Source: Vairimorpha necatrix
Taxonomy: Eukaryota
Direction: 5' to 3'
DNA: 64,000 bases
NCBI GenBank assembly: GCA_036630325.1
Contig: CP142736.1
Location: forward strand, 558,001 to 622,000
The notes under the pieces were generated by a model. It made no database searches, was not told the DNA's origin, and worked only from the letters and a program-made list of their open reading frames with translations. This document shows positions 27,432 through 39,859 of this stretch, piece after piece (position 1 is the stretch's first letter; every line of letters starts with the position of its first letter). The position numbers and the translations under genes were made by a program.

Positions 27432-30312
27432 AAACGGGACATGGATCCATCAATAACATGAAATTTACAATCAAGCATAAATTCTATTGGAAAGGAATTT
27501 ATAAAGATATCGAAAAGCTGGTCTCAGGGAGTGTTATTTGCTTGAAATCTAGAAAGAAAAAAAGAAACACAAAACATAGGGTAATCGAAACTAGCAATCA
27601 CAACGAGCTTTGGGAGTTGACTTGATAGGGCGAATTTCTATACAATAACGCCATTCATTTCATCATAGTAGCGATCGACCATTACAGCAAATGGATAGAG
27701 ACAAAACATTTAAAAAACAAGGAAGCCAAAACCATTAGAGACACTATTGAAGAACTAATAATTATAAAAACTTGGTACTTCGAAACAATTTTGTCGGATT
27801 GCGGACTAGAGTTTAAGAACAAGCAAATAAATGATCTCAATGTTAAATATGGGTTTGAATGGAAATACTTATCACCCGAACACCATAATACATTAGGATG
27901 TGTGGAGAGAATAAACCAGACACTTTGGATAAATATAAAAAACTTACCAACTACGGAAAACCCTTTGGAGAAGTGCATTAGAAAAAGCAACGCTCGCCGA
28001 GAATTTATCCTTTAATAGGGCTATAAGAACTTCCCCATTCAATTTTAAATATGCAAGATCTCCTGAATTTGAGATTGATAAGATTTTTGAAAGGAATCTG
28101 TTATGTCCTTTCATAACATAATTTTATTTTATTTTATTTTCCCTTCAAGTTTTTAAAAAAATTATAAATAAAATTTTAAGAAAGGAGGGCATGATAAATT
28201 TAGAAAATAACTATTGTCGTTTGAGTTCAAAGGCTCCTACATATTTGACACGTTTGACATTTCTCAATATTTTATTATTTAAAACTTTTATATTTTACCC
28301 CCAAGCAAAATGGAAGGAAGAGAAGAAAAAACTAATAAACATTTTAATATCGACATGGCGACAGTGGCAAAAGCAATTAGTGAATTTAATGGCGATCGAG
28401 GCGAAGACATTGAAATGTGGTTAAAGAAGGTGGACATCTTGGCTCAGAGTACTGGACTTTCAGAGAACTCCATTTTAGGGTTAATCATAATTAAACTGAC
28501 AGGAGTTGCCCAGATATATTTGATATCTTTGACCAATGGGAACATTGCTAATATTACCTTAGGGAGTTTAATAATAAGTTTAAAAAAAACGGTTTGGTAC
28601 CCAAACGAATACAGATGAGATTCTTGATCATTTTTTAGCAATTAAATCAGTGAATTCTTACGAAGAATATTCAGAACTACTCAAAGAAGCCACCACTTTA
28701 TTCGAAAGAGACTGCATTGCACTTAAATCACTAATAAGGATGACTATATCTAAGTCTCCGCGGAAACTTAAAACATTGCTGTATCAATATTCATGCTGCA
28801 CTTCAAACTGGAATAACTTTGTCCAACAAGCGGAGGAGGCGGCCTGGATGGCTTTTCCCGAGAGAATCAACAATAGATTAGCCTCTACTGGAACTAAGAC
28901 ATCATATCAGAAAAGAGAAAGACTGCCTCAGAATATTCAAAGAAAAAAATTGTTCTGCATTATTCACAAGCATGGGACCACACAACAGATGATTGTTTTA
29001 TTGTTAAGCAATTGGAAGATAAAGGCTGGAGGAAAGGGAAATCAGCAAATGCGTTAGAAGAAATAAATAAAGCCGATAGCAACATTGACCAAGAAAATAA
29101 AGACTTCAACGTTTACACTTCTAATTCTCTTAGTTATGAAAGAAACCCTTTCTTTATATATTCCACCCTTTCAAAAGCTGCCCCTCACCTGACACTACTA
29201 GATACAGGTGCCGACATCTCTTTGATAAACATAAATCAAATATTAGATAAAAATAAAATAACATCAACAAGTGCTAAAATTAGATCGGCTTCGGGCTCTT
29301 TCATCAATATTATAGGTGAAATTAAGAACCTCAGATTGAGAGTATTCGATGAAGAAATTATATTCTCCCCGTTAGTATGTAAAGGGTTACCTGACTATTC
29401 TATTCTCGGAACTGATGTTATTATAAAATACCCACGCTTGGTCCAAAAAATTCTCCGAAAATTCTTACCTTCAACAAAAATAAATTGTATTCCATTAACG
29501 CAGGAGATTGGAACGAAAAGTAAAACGGACCTTACAGAAAGAAAGATTAGGTCTAATACTATTTGTAAAAGTGAGAATATGGGTCAACCAATCACTTCAG
29601 AAATTCGTCTTAAAGAGAACGAAATAATTACTAAATTTTCCGGATGCTTTGGAGAAACCATCGCACCTGAACCCATTTAAGGTGCAACATTGCATTTCAT
29701 TGACACAGGAGACCATCCTCCTATAAACCAAAAAAACTATCGAATCCCGATACATTATGAACAAGAAATTTCCGAAGACATTCGAAGGAAGCTACAATAG
29801 GGTGTTTTAAGAGAATTTCATAGCCCATGGTGTTCAAGACTCGTCCCTGTTCAAAAGCCTGATAAATCTTTAAGATTATGGATTGATTTTCGAGCTCTGA
29901 ATAAAATAACAATAAGAGATAAATACCCGTTACCCCGAATTGATGAAATACTAGACAGACTAGCTGGGCAAGGACGTTTTCGACCTTAGATGCAACATCT
30001 GGATACTACCAGATCGGTATAAATAAATCAGATAAACAGAAAACAACGTTTGCATGGAAGGGCGGGCTATATGAATATAACAGAATGCCTTTCGGATTAT
30101 GTAATGCTCCCGCTACTTTTCAAATTGCTATGGATAAACTTATCGGAAATCCATGTAATGATTTTGTTATCCCGTATCTAGACGATATAATCATATTCTC
30201 AAAAAACGAAAAAGAACATGGGAAACATCTTCTTATTGTTTTAGAGAAATTAAAAGAAACAGGAAGGCTGACCGATTTTTCGGCCTTAGGCCGAAAAATG
30301 GTCTTTCGGCCT

Positions 30313-30500
30313 AAAAAAAATAAATAAAAAAATAAATAAAAAAATAAATAAAAAAATAAAAAAATAAAAAAATAAAAAAATAAAAAAAAAAAAAAAAAAA
30401 AAAAAAAATAAAAAAATAAAAAAAAAAAAAAAAAAATAAATAAATAAAAATTAAATAAAAATAAATCAAAAAAAAATATTAATAATAATAAAAAAAAATT
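30313..30500. repeat. A-rich low-complexity tract in the MULE 2 subterminal region
   Basis: Runs of (aaaaaat)n and poly-A. Confidence 0.85.
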
Positions 30501-30673
30501 AATTGTTGTAACACATGAAACAAGTACTATCTTGTTTCAAACACCAGACAGTTTCAGTCATCGTAAACCAGTTATCTTCTATTATCTGTAACGTATGTTT
30601 CACTGAAACTATTTAAGAAAACTTATTCTAATAAATTATGCAATTTAATACAGACATGTCTTCGGGACTCAAC

Positions 30674-33600
30674 ATGGCGACAACGATCAAAGGACTAAGG
30701 CAGTTTGCAGGTGAACAAGATGAAGATGTTTACCTTTGGATCGACGAGATCCTATTTATCGCGCAAATTATGCAAAAAACCGAAGAAGAGACTTGTAAAA
30801 TGATTTTTTTACTGCTTAAAGGAGCAGCTCTAAGTTGGGCGTCAGAAACTATTGGAGGTCGCGCCAATCAAATCACATTAAACAATCTACTGGAAGAACT
30901 GAAAACACGATTCGGGGGACAGCAAAATACTAATATATCCCTAATTAGATTTCTAAATGGTAACCCACCTACATCGAGAACCGAATTTACAAAATTATTA
31001 CAGGACGCAACTGTACTCTTCAAAAAAAACTATATGAATATAGTACTGTTACCGGCTGTGTTGCACACACCAATAATCAGACTAAAACTGAAAGATGAAA
31101 CAAATCATAATGATCTGAAACATGATTGTTTCAGATCCGAAACTAAAACTATTTAAGAAATCTTAAATAGAATAGATATGCCAAATAAATATAGTTCTTC
31201 TTCTAATAAAAAGCCTTCTTCAATAACCAGCTCTCCTTCTGGTAACAAGTACCTCTTACGAAAGTCGTGATAAACAAATCACCGTGCCCACTAAAACCAT
31301 TATTACTTCAAGCAGCAGAAGTAGTCGAATCATGGGACCTCTTCGTGAAAAGAGCCGAGAACATCGCATGGATGTCCTTCCCGGATAAATGTCTTAATAG
31401 GGTTACATCGGAATATAGCTCCGATACGGCTGCCCCGACCAACAAAAGATATTGTGAATACCATGAGAGTAACACACACAATACTAAAGATTGCATGTAC
31501 CTAATTCAGCTGAAAAAACAAAAAGGCGGGTTCAAAAAAAACTCTTTTGATAAAAGAAAAAGAAATTCGTCCATAAATTCGATAATTGACAATGGACAAT
31601 CACCGATGACAGAAGAAGTTGAAGAAGATTCAATAAAAAGTTTTAACTTGTACTCGGTTTCTGAGCATACTTTTATATCCAATCCATTCTTCCATATATT
31701 CTTACTTAACTCAAAGCCAATCTGGTGTTTGGTTGACACAGGAGCCGATGTATCAATAATAAACGAATCCTGTATAGAAAAAATGGACTATATCACAACA
31801 AAAAACAGAGGAAATACTAGAATAAGGTCGGCATGTGGGACAGAAATAAAAATATTAAATCGAGCAAACGAAATCGTTTTAGATAAAAAGACGGGCGGTT
31901 CAATCCGCATTAGCCCATATATAGTAGCAAACGGTCCACCTTATATAATACTAGGTTTGGACGCAATTACTAAATATCCGGATCTCCTAATTAATACTAC
32001 ACGAAAACTAATGTCAAGACATAAGAGGACTAAAGAGCCCACTTGCCTTCATTCTCTCACAAGCGAACAGATAGCTTCAAAATACAGTGATATTTTTCAA
32101 ACGGAAATCTCTGAGTTAAACGTGTGTACTAAAGGTAAACACAGGATTGAAATATCGTCAAAGGTGCCTATTTGCTCAAAAGGAGGAAGAGTTCCACTAC
32201 ATTTATGTGAAGAAATTGACAAAGAAATAGAAAAAAATCTTAGGCTTAAAATTATAAGGAAAAGTAAAAGTCCGTGGCGAAGCCAAATTGTGGCAGTTCC
32301 TAAACCAGACGGAACATTACGGATGTGTATAGATTATCGTCCTTTAAACAAAATCACAGTAAAGGACAGATATCCAATTCCTCGAATTGACGAAATTGTC
32401 GACAATCTTGCAGGTGCGCTCATTTTTACCACGCTAGACGCAACTTCTGGTTACTATCAAGTTGAAGTAGATGAAAATGATAAAGAAAAGACTGCATTTT
32501 CCTGGAGAGGGGGACTATATGAATTCAATAGAATGCCCTTTGGTCTCTGTAATGCGCCAGCAACATTTCAGAGGATAATGGATGAAATCTTTGAAGATGA
32601 ACGATATAAGTTCGTTATGCCTTATCTTGATGATATCATAATATATTCCAGAAACGAAGAAGAACACGGACAACATGTGGACATAGTCATGAGGAAACTG
32701 AAGAGAGCTGGAATAAGCTTGAATAAAGCTAAATGTAAATTTATGAAAACAGAAATCAAAATCTTAGGAGTCATTATTGGACATAACACAGTTCGGCCAG
32801 ACCCTGCCAAAATAGAAGCTATTAAAAAGTTCCCATTGCCCGAGACAGTTACCAAATTACGATCATTTTTGGGCATAGTAAATTACTGCAGAGAGTTTAT
32901 AAGGGATTACGCAACCATGGCCCGTCCCTTATTTAAGCTTGTGGGTGGAGAAAAAAAGAATTCACAGAAGCAAATTGAATATACAGAAACAGAAAAGCTT
33001 GCATTTAAACAAATCAAAACGATTTTATCTTCTGCACTCGAACGACAACAGCCTGACGTGAACAGAAAATTTGTGTTAACAACAGACGCCTCTGATATCG
33101 CAATTGGAGCAATACTTTCTCAGGTTGACAATGATGGTAAAGAAAAAATGATTTCCGCATTTAGTAAGGAATTAGATAAGGCTCAACAAAATTATTCAGT
33201 AACGGACAAAGAACTCTTAGCATTAGTCAAAGGCATAGATAACTACAGACACTACTTGTTGGGAAAAGAATTCGTAGTGCGAACGGATCACAAAGCGTTG
33301 GCATATCTTTGGGAATCAAAAAAACCCAGCAGCCGTCTGCTAAGATGGTCATTAAAATTGCAAGAGTATTCCTTCAAAGTAGAATATATAAAAGGAGAAG
33401 ACAATATAGCCGACGCAATGAGCAGAATTAACATTAGTTCTCTGCGATCTAACAAAACATTAAGTGATACGACGCCAGAACTGAGACGAGAAATTATAAA
33501 AGAGTATCATTTATCGCTTGGACACGCATCTTCTGCCGCTATGAAGTATGTAATTACGAAAAGGTATAAATGGGAGGGGATGTTTAAAGAGATTGAAAAT

Positions 33601-34464
33601 TACATCAAAACATGTAGCATTTGTCTAAAAGCTGGAGGACCTCTAGTTAAAACTAAGAATAGGGTAATTTCTTCTTCACAGCCAAATGAATTATGGGAAG
33701 TAGATCTGCTTGGAAGAATTCCCTCAAGAACTGGGAATAAATTTATTTTCGTCGCCGTTGACCACTTTACAAAATGGATAGAAACCAAAGTATTATCTAA
33801 AAAAACTCCGGAAAATATAATTAAGTGCATCAAATCTCTTATCATAGGCAAACACGGAAATCCCCGTAGAATACTCTCTGACGTCGGTTTAGAATTTAAG
33901 AATAGCAAAACAAGCAATTTTGCCGCGAGCCATAACATAAAGTGGGAGTTCGCTTCTCCTGCTCACCATCAGACGGTGGGATGCGTGGAGAGAACAAACC
34001 AGACACTATGGAGGAAATTAAAAAAACTATCTAACTTCGGAAAGATAAAATGGGAAACTAAAGTGGCCGATGCCACACTGGCTGTAAATCTCTCTTATAA
34101 TCGGGCTATCAAAACAACACCGTTCATGTTTAAATACGGTTACGTACCAGTATTAGAAGTGGATCGCAAATGCGGCAAAGCCAATTTACCGATTGACAGG
34201 AGGGTACTTATCCGAGAACGAGACAAATATTTAAAAGCGTACGAAAAAGAAATAGAGCAAGGGAAAAGAGACATTAAGACAGAGTTACAAATTGATGATC
34301 CTGTGTTAATCTATAAAGAAGCTGTTTCAGATAAACTCAAGCCCGAGTGGACTCCCGGCTATAGAATAGTCAAGAAAGTTCCTCCGGATGCTTACATTGT
34401 GAAATCTAAAAATAAGCATTTCCGACTCAACAAAGCACACATCAAACTCAATACGGGTCTTTAA
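30674..34464 (+). pseudogene. Single-ORF gag-pol of Gypsy E, broken only by a solo LTR
   Basis: Removing 31047-31252 restores the frame; VDTGAD, YLDD, TDAS, HHCC and DDE integrase motifs. Confidence 0.9.
31047..31247. mobile_element. Solo LTR in Gypsy E gag
   Basis: tgttacc...ggtaaca ends; TSD agtac. Confidence 0.9.
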
Positions 34465-37400
34465 CTAAGCAAGGGGGTGTTGTAACACATGAAACAAGTA
34501 CTATCTTGTTTCAAACACCAGACAGTTTCAGTCATCGTAAACCAGTTATCTTCTATTATCTGTAACGTATGTTTCACTGAAACTATTTAAGAAAACTTAT
34601 TCTAATAAATTATGCAATTTAATACAGACATGTCTTCGGGACTCAACATAAATAATATAAAAAAACAATAAAACTAAACATAATAACTAATATTAATTTA
34701 ATAATGTAAAAGGGTATTCAAGAGTAGATGAAATTTGAAATAAATAATCAAGCGCGTCTATGGTTTCAAAATTGGATACAATATCATATATATATTTCTC
34801 TTATATATTTTTACACTTTTCATTTACTTTAAAGAACTTGTAATAAGCGCGTAGAATTTTTTGCCTGCTTTTCAAATGCTCCTCATGTAACCTTTCTCCA
34901 GAAACACCCAAATCCGGATTTGCTACAGTAAAAAGATTATCAAGCGATCTATGAAATCCTTCTAAACTATTCGTAGTTCTTGGTAACTTATGTAATACTC
35001 GGTTTTAAACATTCCAAAATAAAATCTCTTCTGCGTCAATGTCAATATAATTTTTAAATACAAATCCTAAAATTGTTTCATATCTCTTTCTATCACTCCT
35101 TGACATAAGCTTTTCTTTAATCAGACCAAAATAATTTAGAACCTCAATAGGTTTAACAAAACTTAACGCTAAAATCCTTCTTATATTCATTTTAAATTCG
35201 ATATCATTTTGATACAACGTGCTCACTTTCAACTCTTGCACTTTCCTATAAATAATCTGGGAAAAATGAAAATTGCACCCATAGAAAACTGCGGCAGGAA
35301 AAGCTGTTTTGAAAGCTTTTCTTGGTGCTAATTCAAAATCTAAATTAAAACATTTAGGGTTAAAATTTGGTGCTTTTTCCACTATAAAATCACATATTTT
35401 CTTATATGATGCCTCATTTTTTTTAACATTAGTATAAATACCAAAGGAATGTACTTAGTATTGATATACGCGACTAGAGTATAGAGTTGCTTGAACTTAG
35501 ATGGAGCAAACTTGAAAGTACCAATCATTAAAACAGTTTTAGTATTCTCAAGGTGAATTAAATTTTCTAGCGTGCAAAGAATCACGACTCTTTCCTTATC
35601 TTCTATCCCAGAATCAAATTGCACAAATAATTCGCCTGTAGGCAAATATTTAATTGAATTTGTGATATCGGTTTTATCGGGAGTTGAGTAACTATGCCTC
35701 CCGTTTCGCATTCTCTTAATTCTATCCCTAATACTAAAGATATCAGGTGTTTTTTTAAAGCTTCATTAGAATATTCTTTCAACGCGTCAAAAATTATAAT
35801 TCTTGACGCCTCAGCAGTTTCCTCTGCCCGTTTTAAGATTTGACCGTAGGAATATTCGAATTTATTTTTGTCGAAGTCTGGCTCGTGTTTGTGGGGGGTA
35901 ACGCTTAAAAAAACTACAATCTAAATTTGTATGAAGTTTTGAAGTGCAGTTTTCTGCTCTACATCTTCATATTATTTTTTCTTTTCCGTTATATCTGAAA
36001 TTATACGCATGTCCTGCATATAATATCTTTCTTCCTCCTCTTTTGGAACGAACTTCACACAGTTCTTCGTGGGATAAATTATCCATTGGGGTATTTTAAA
36101 ATAATTTTTTTTGGGCCGAAAGACCGATTTTTCGGCATAAGGCCGAAAAATCGGCTTGCCATAATCATATTCTCAAAAAACGAAAAAGAACATGGGAAAC
36201 ATCTTCTTATTGTTTTAGAGAAATTAAAAGAAACAGGAATAGTGCTAAAAAAATCAAAATGCACATTTTTTAAAGACGAAAGAAAAATACTAGGCAATAT
36301 TGTTTCAAGGGGATACTTAAAACCCGATCCCACGAAGATTGATACGATTCAAAAATACCCCTTTCCAGAGAACCTAAAAAGCTTACGGTCATTCTTGGGG
36401 CTAGTGAATTACTGCCGCGAATATGTAGCATCTTATGCAGAGTTAACAGGACCATTCTTTAGTCTTCTTAAGGGAGAAACGAAAAATAGTGTAAAAAGAG
36501 TACACTGGTCAGAAGATTTACAGATAAAGTTTCAAAGTTAAAGCAAGCTCTTGCCGGCAAGATAAAATTGAAACAACCAGACTTTAAGCTAATATTTATC
36601 TTAATCACAGACGCGTCTGAAATTGGATTGGTGCAGTCCTTGTACAAGCTGACGATAATGGTGTAGAAGAGGCCATCTCCTTATTTAGTAAAAAATTCGA
36701 CGATTGTCAAATGAATTACTCAATTACAGATAAAGAACTTCTGGCTGTCGTTAAAGGCATAAATAACTTTAGACATTACCTTTTGGGGAAAGAATTTACG
36801 TTAAGAACTGACCATAAAGCGCTAACGTACTTATGGGAATCAAAAAATCCTACAAGTCGGATCCTAAGATGGTCAATGATGTTACAAGAATATAAATTTG
36901 ACGTTGAATACATAAAGGGAGAAGACAATATTGCTGACGGCTGTAGTAGAATATTTAACAAGGAAATAAGAATTTCAAGCATCATTAAAGATTTTTCAAA
37001 AGAAGAAAAAAAGGAAATACTTAAAACATATCATATAGAAACTGGGCATGGATCTGTTAACAACATGAAATTCGCAATCAAAGGAAAATATTTCTGGGAA
37101 GACATATATAAAGACATCGAAAAGCTGGTTACTGAATGTGTTATCTGTTTAAAGAACGGAAATAAAATAAGAAATACAAAACACAGGGTAATCGAAACTA
37201 GTAACCATAATGAACTTTGGGAGGTTTATTTGATAGGACGGATTCCGTATAATGGCACTAATCATTTCATTTTAGTAGCAATCGACCACTACAGTAAATG
37301 GATAGAGACAAAACATTAAAAAATAAGGAAGCTGAAACCATTAGAGATTCTATTGAAGAACTAATAATTAAGAAACATGGTACTCCGAAAACAATTTTGT

Positions 37401-38684
37401 CGGATTGCGGACTCGAGTTTAAAAACAAACAAATAACGGTTTTAATTCAAAATATGGGTTTGAATGGAAATACTCATCGCCAGAACACCATAATACAGTG
37501 GGATGTGTTGAGAGAGTGAACCAAACACTTTGAAAAAATTTAAAAAAATTTACCAATTACGAAGAATCTTCATGGAGAAGCGCATTAGAAAAAGCATACA
37601 CGCTGTGAATGTTTCATTTAATAGAGCCATAGGAACTTCCCCATTTATTTTTAAATACGCGAGATCCCTGATTTTGAGATTGACAAGAAATTTGATAGGA
37701 AGCCCATAAAATTCCAAAGAATGTCTCTGACTAAGAAGAGAAATAAAAATTTTGCTAAATATAGAAAAAGCATAGAAAAGGGTACGATAACGGCCCCGTC
37801 AAATTTTTCAATTGGTGATAAAGTTCTTATATACAGAGAAAACAAAAATAATAAAATGAAAGCTAATTGGTTTCCTGGTTATGAAATAACGGATAGAATA
37901 CTACCGGATGGGTTTATGGTTAAAAATAACAAAAGTTTAATTAGAGTTAATAAAGCTCATATCAAACAAGACCTTTCTTTGGGGGGAGGGAGATGTCGTA
38001 GGAGCTCAAAGGCTTCTACATATTTGACACGTTTGATATTTCTCAATATTTTATTATTTAAAACTTTTATATTTTACCCCCAAGCAAAATGGAAGGAAGA
38101 GAAGAAAAAACTAATAAACATTTTAATATCGACAATTTTAAAATACCCTGATACCAGGTATTTCTAATTTGACAAGAAGAAAAAAGAAAGGACATTGGCG
38201 AAGCTGAAATTTCAATCAGGATAGACTTACCATAGTTGTGAATGAAGAGTTAAGAAATATTATTCTTTTACTTTAGGAAATAAATATGATCATGTAATAG
38301 TTTTAGAGAAGACACAGGATGAAAAAAGGTCAAGTTACTACTAAAGAACGATAAAAAAAACTAAAAATTAATTTTTTTTCAAAGCATACATCCAATATTT
38401 TTCGCTACAAAGGCGTTGGTGTATCTCCTTTTGGAACAAAGACTTGAATTACGATCACTAAAGATGCTAGAGAGGAATACGTGGGCAGACTCTAAGCGCA
38501 CTGGCCGAGAATATATTTGCTAAAGAAGTGGTATGTGTATGTGAATAGTAGTATATCAAAAGATTTTATAAGCATTTATCATATTAGTATTTGAAATTGA
38601 AATTCAAAATTTATAAGCGCTCCTAAATATAAGTGCTATCAACATCTAACATCTAGGAAAAATGCACAATTATATGAATTATTT

Positions 38685-39804
38685 GGTGCATCTTTAGTAA
38701 CGTGCCGGAAGGTAACACACCCCCCCCCCTTACAGACAAAAATTTAACAAAATTTTGAAAAAAAATAAGAAAACGATATAAAAATGCTTATTTAATTCAG
38801 TAGTTTAGATAAAAGATCAACAAAACCCTTATAGAAGTCTCCCATATCATCTTCTCGAAGCATAAATTTCCTATACATAAATTCATCGAGACATGTATCT
38901 ATCTACGACCGTTTTACTCCATGTTCTTTGGTCATTTCAGACTTAAGTTGAGACCATACGTTCTCAATATTATTTGTATGAATACCATCAGGAGATAAAA
39001 ACCTATAGAATGATTAACAACTTGATGACTTAGACATAAATTTTCTGCCACCCCAGGATAACTAGGATGACCATCGCTATGTAAAACCGAACCTACACAA
39101 ATTCTTCCCTCTAGAGCAGCAGTAAGGCACTCAATGGTTCTATTCTCTACCCTCGTAATATAGAAGTTTGAAGGATTTTGAGCATCTATTATGCCCAAAA
39201 TCCAAACGGTGTCCCTTATAAAGTCGTCCGAAGAGGTAGGAGATCTTATTTTACCCCTTCTGCATATAACAGACTCATCTACTTGAACGACTTGCCCGGG
39301 TCCTCCGATTATAATTCTATTCTTTAGCAAATCTTTATAGATCTTTCTGAGGCTGCTTTTTACGGCAGAGATTGTAGCTGTTGAAACGCCCAATCTTGCC
39401 ATCAACTGAAAGTAAGAATATCTGCATAATATTCCAAATACAAGGTCACAGAATGTATGAAGAGGAACCTTGCAGCCTTTATTCACAGCCAACCGCGCAC
39501 TGCATTTGTAGTTCGAACAGCGATATGCTACTCTTGTAACGATTTCCTCCTTGACAGGACCCAATCTCATGTTACATCCACATTTGGAACATGATTTTTG
39601 CTCCTTCAGCACTTCTAAGTCAATTAAAGCTTCTAAACAAGTGTCAACGTTATAAAAAAGCCTTTGTATATTCACAAGTTTAATTTTTGTGCTTTTCTTT
39701 AGTAACGTGCCGGAGTTTTCTAAATCGATGTTGTCCATTTTAGGGGTAAAAAAATATTTTTTAAAAAAACAAAATCCCGGCACGTTCGTTACTAAAGATG
39801 CACC
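38685..39804 (-). mobile_element. Merlin transposon
   Basis: Perfect TIR ggtgcatctttagtaacg; 8-bp TSD aattattt; VQVDES, SDGHPSY; frameshift near the C-terminus. Confidence 0.93.
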
Positions 39805-39859
39805 AATTATTTAAATATTTTTCAAAATTAAATAAAATTTTACAAATGTATTAAAATAG

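Larger units (their letters stand above)
5926..28097 (+). mobile_element. Ty3/Gypsy element A, decayed and split by nested insertions (own sequence 5926-8820, 25471-25757, 27432-about 28097)
   Basis: 5' LTR 5926-6048, PBS tggcgac; gag, protease (IDTGADISL), RT (LDATFGYYQ), RNase H (TDASKIG), integrase (SDCGLEF); the YLWES coding sequence resumes at 25471. Confidence 0.85.
30504..34648 (+). mobile_element. Young Ty3/Gypsy element E, 171-bp LTRs (30504-30674, 34478-34648)
   Basis: LTRs appear identical; PBS tggcgacaacga; PPT aaggggg; TSD ttaat/taaat. Confidence 0.95.
30266..36160 (-). mobile_element. Mutator-like (MULE) transposon 2, carrying Gypsy E
   Basis: Long imperfect TIRs (ccgatttttcggc..aggccgaaaaat..gtctttcggcc); transposase from ATG 36086 with LDFE, GCNFHFSQ, TTNSLEGFH; 79-bp perfect flanking duplication. 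Confidence 0.88.
28215..38134 (+). mobile_element. Ty3/Gypsy element D (same family as A), 141-bp LTRs 28215-28355 and 37994-38134
   Basis: LTR pair, PBS tggcgac, PPT ggggggagggaga, gag-pol remnants; interrupted by MULE 2; flanking 5-mers do not match. Confidence 0.88.

Noticed and set aside
38135-38145. atttt after LTR 37994-38134 as partner TSD of Gypsy A (atgtt at 5921-5925)
   Set aside because: One mismatch, downstream sequence does not resume the EnP1 flank, and the LTR mostly matches D.
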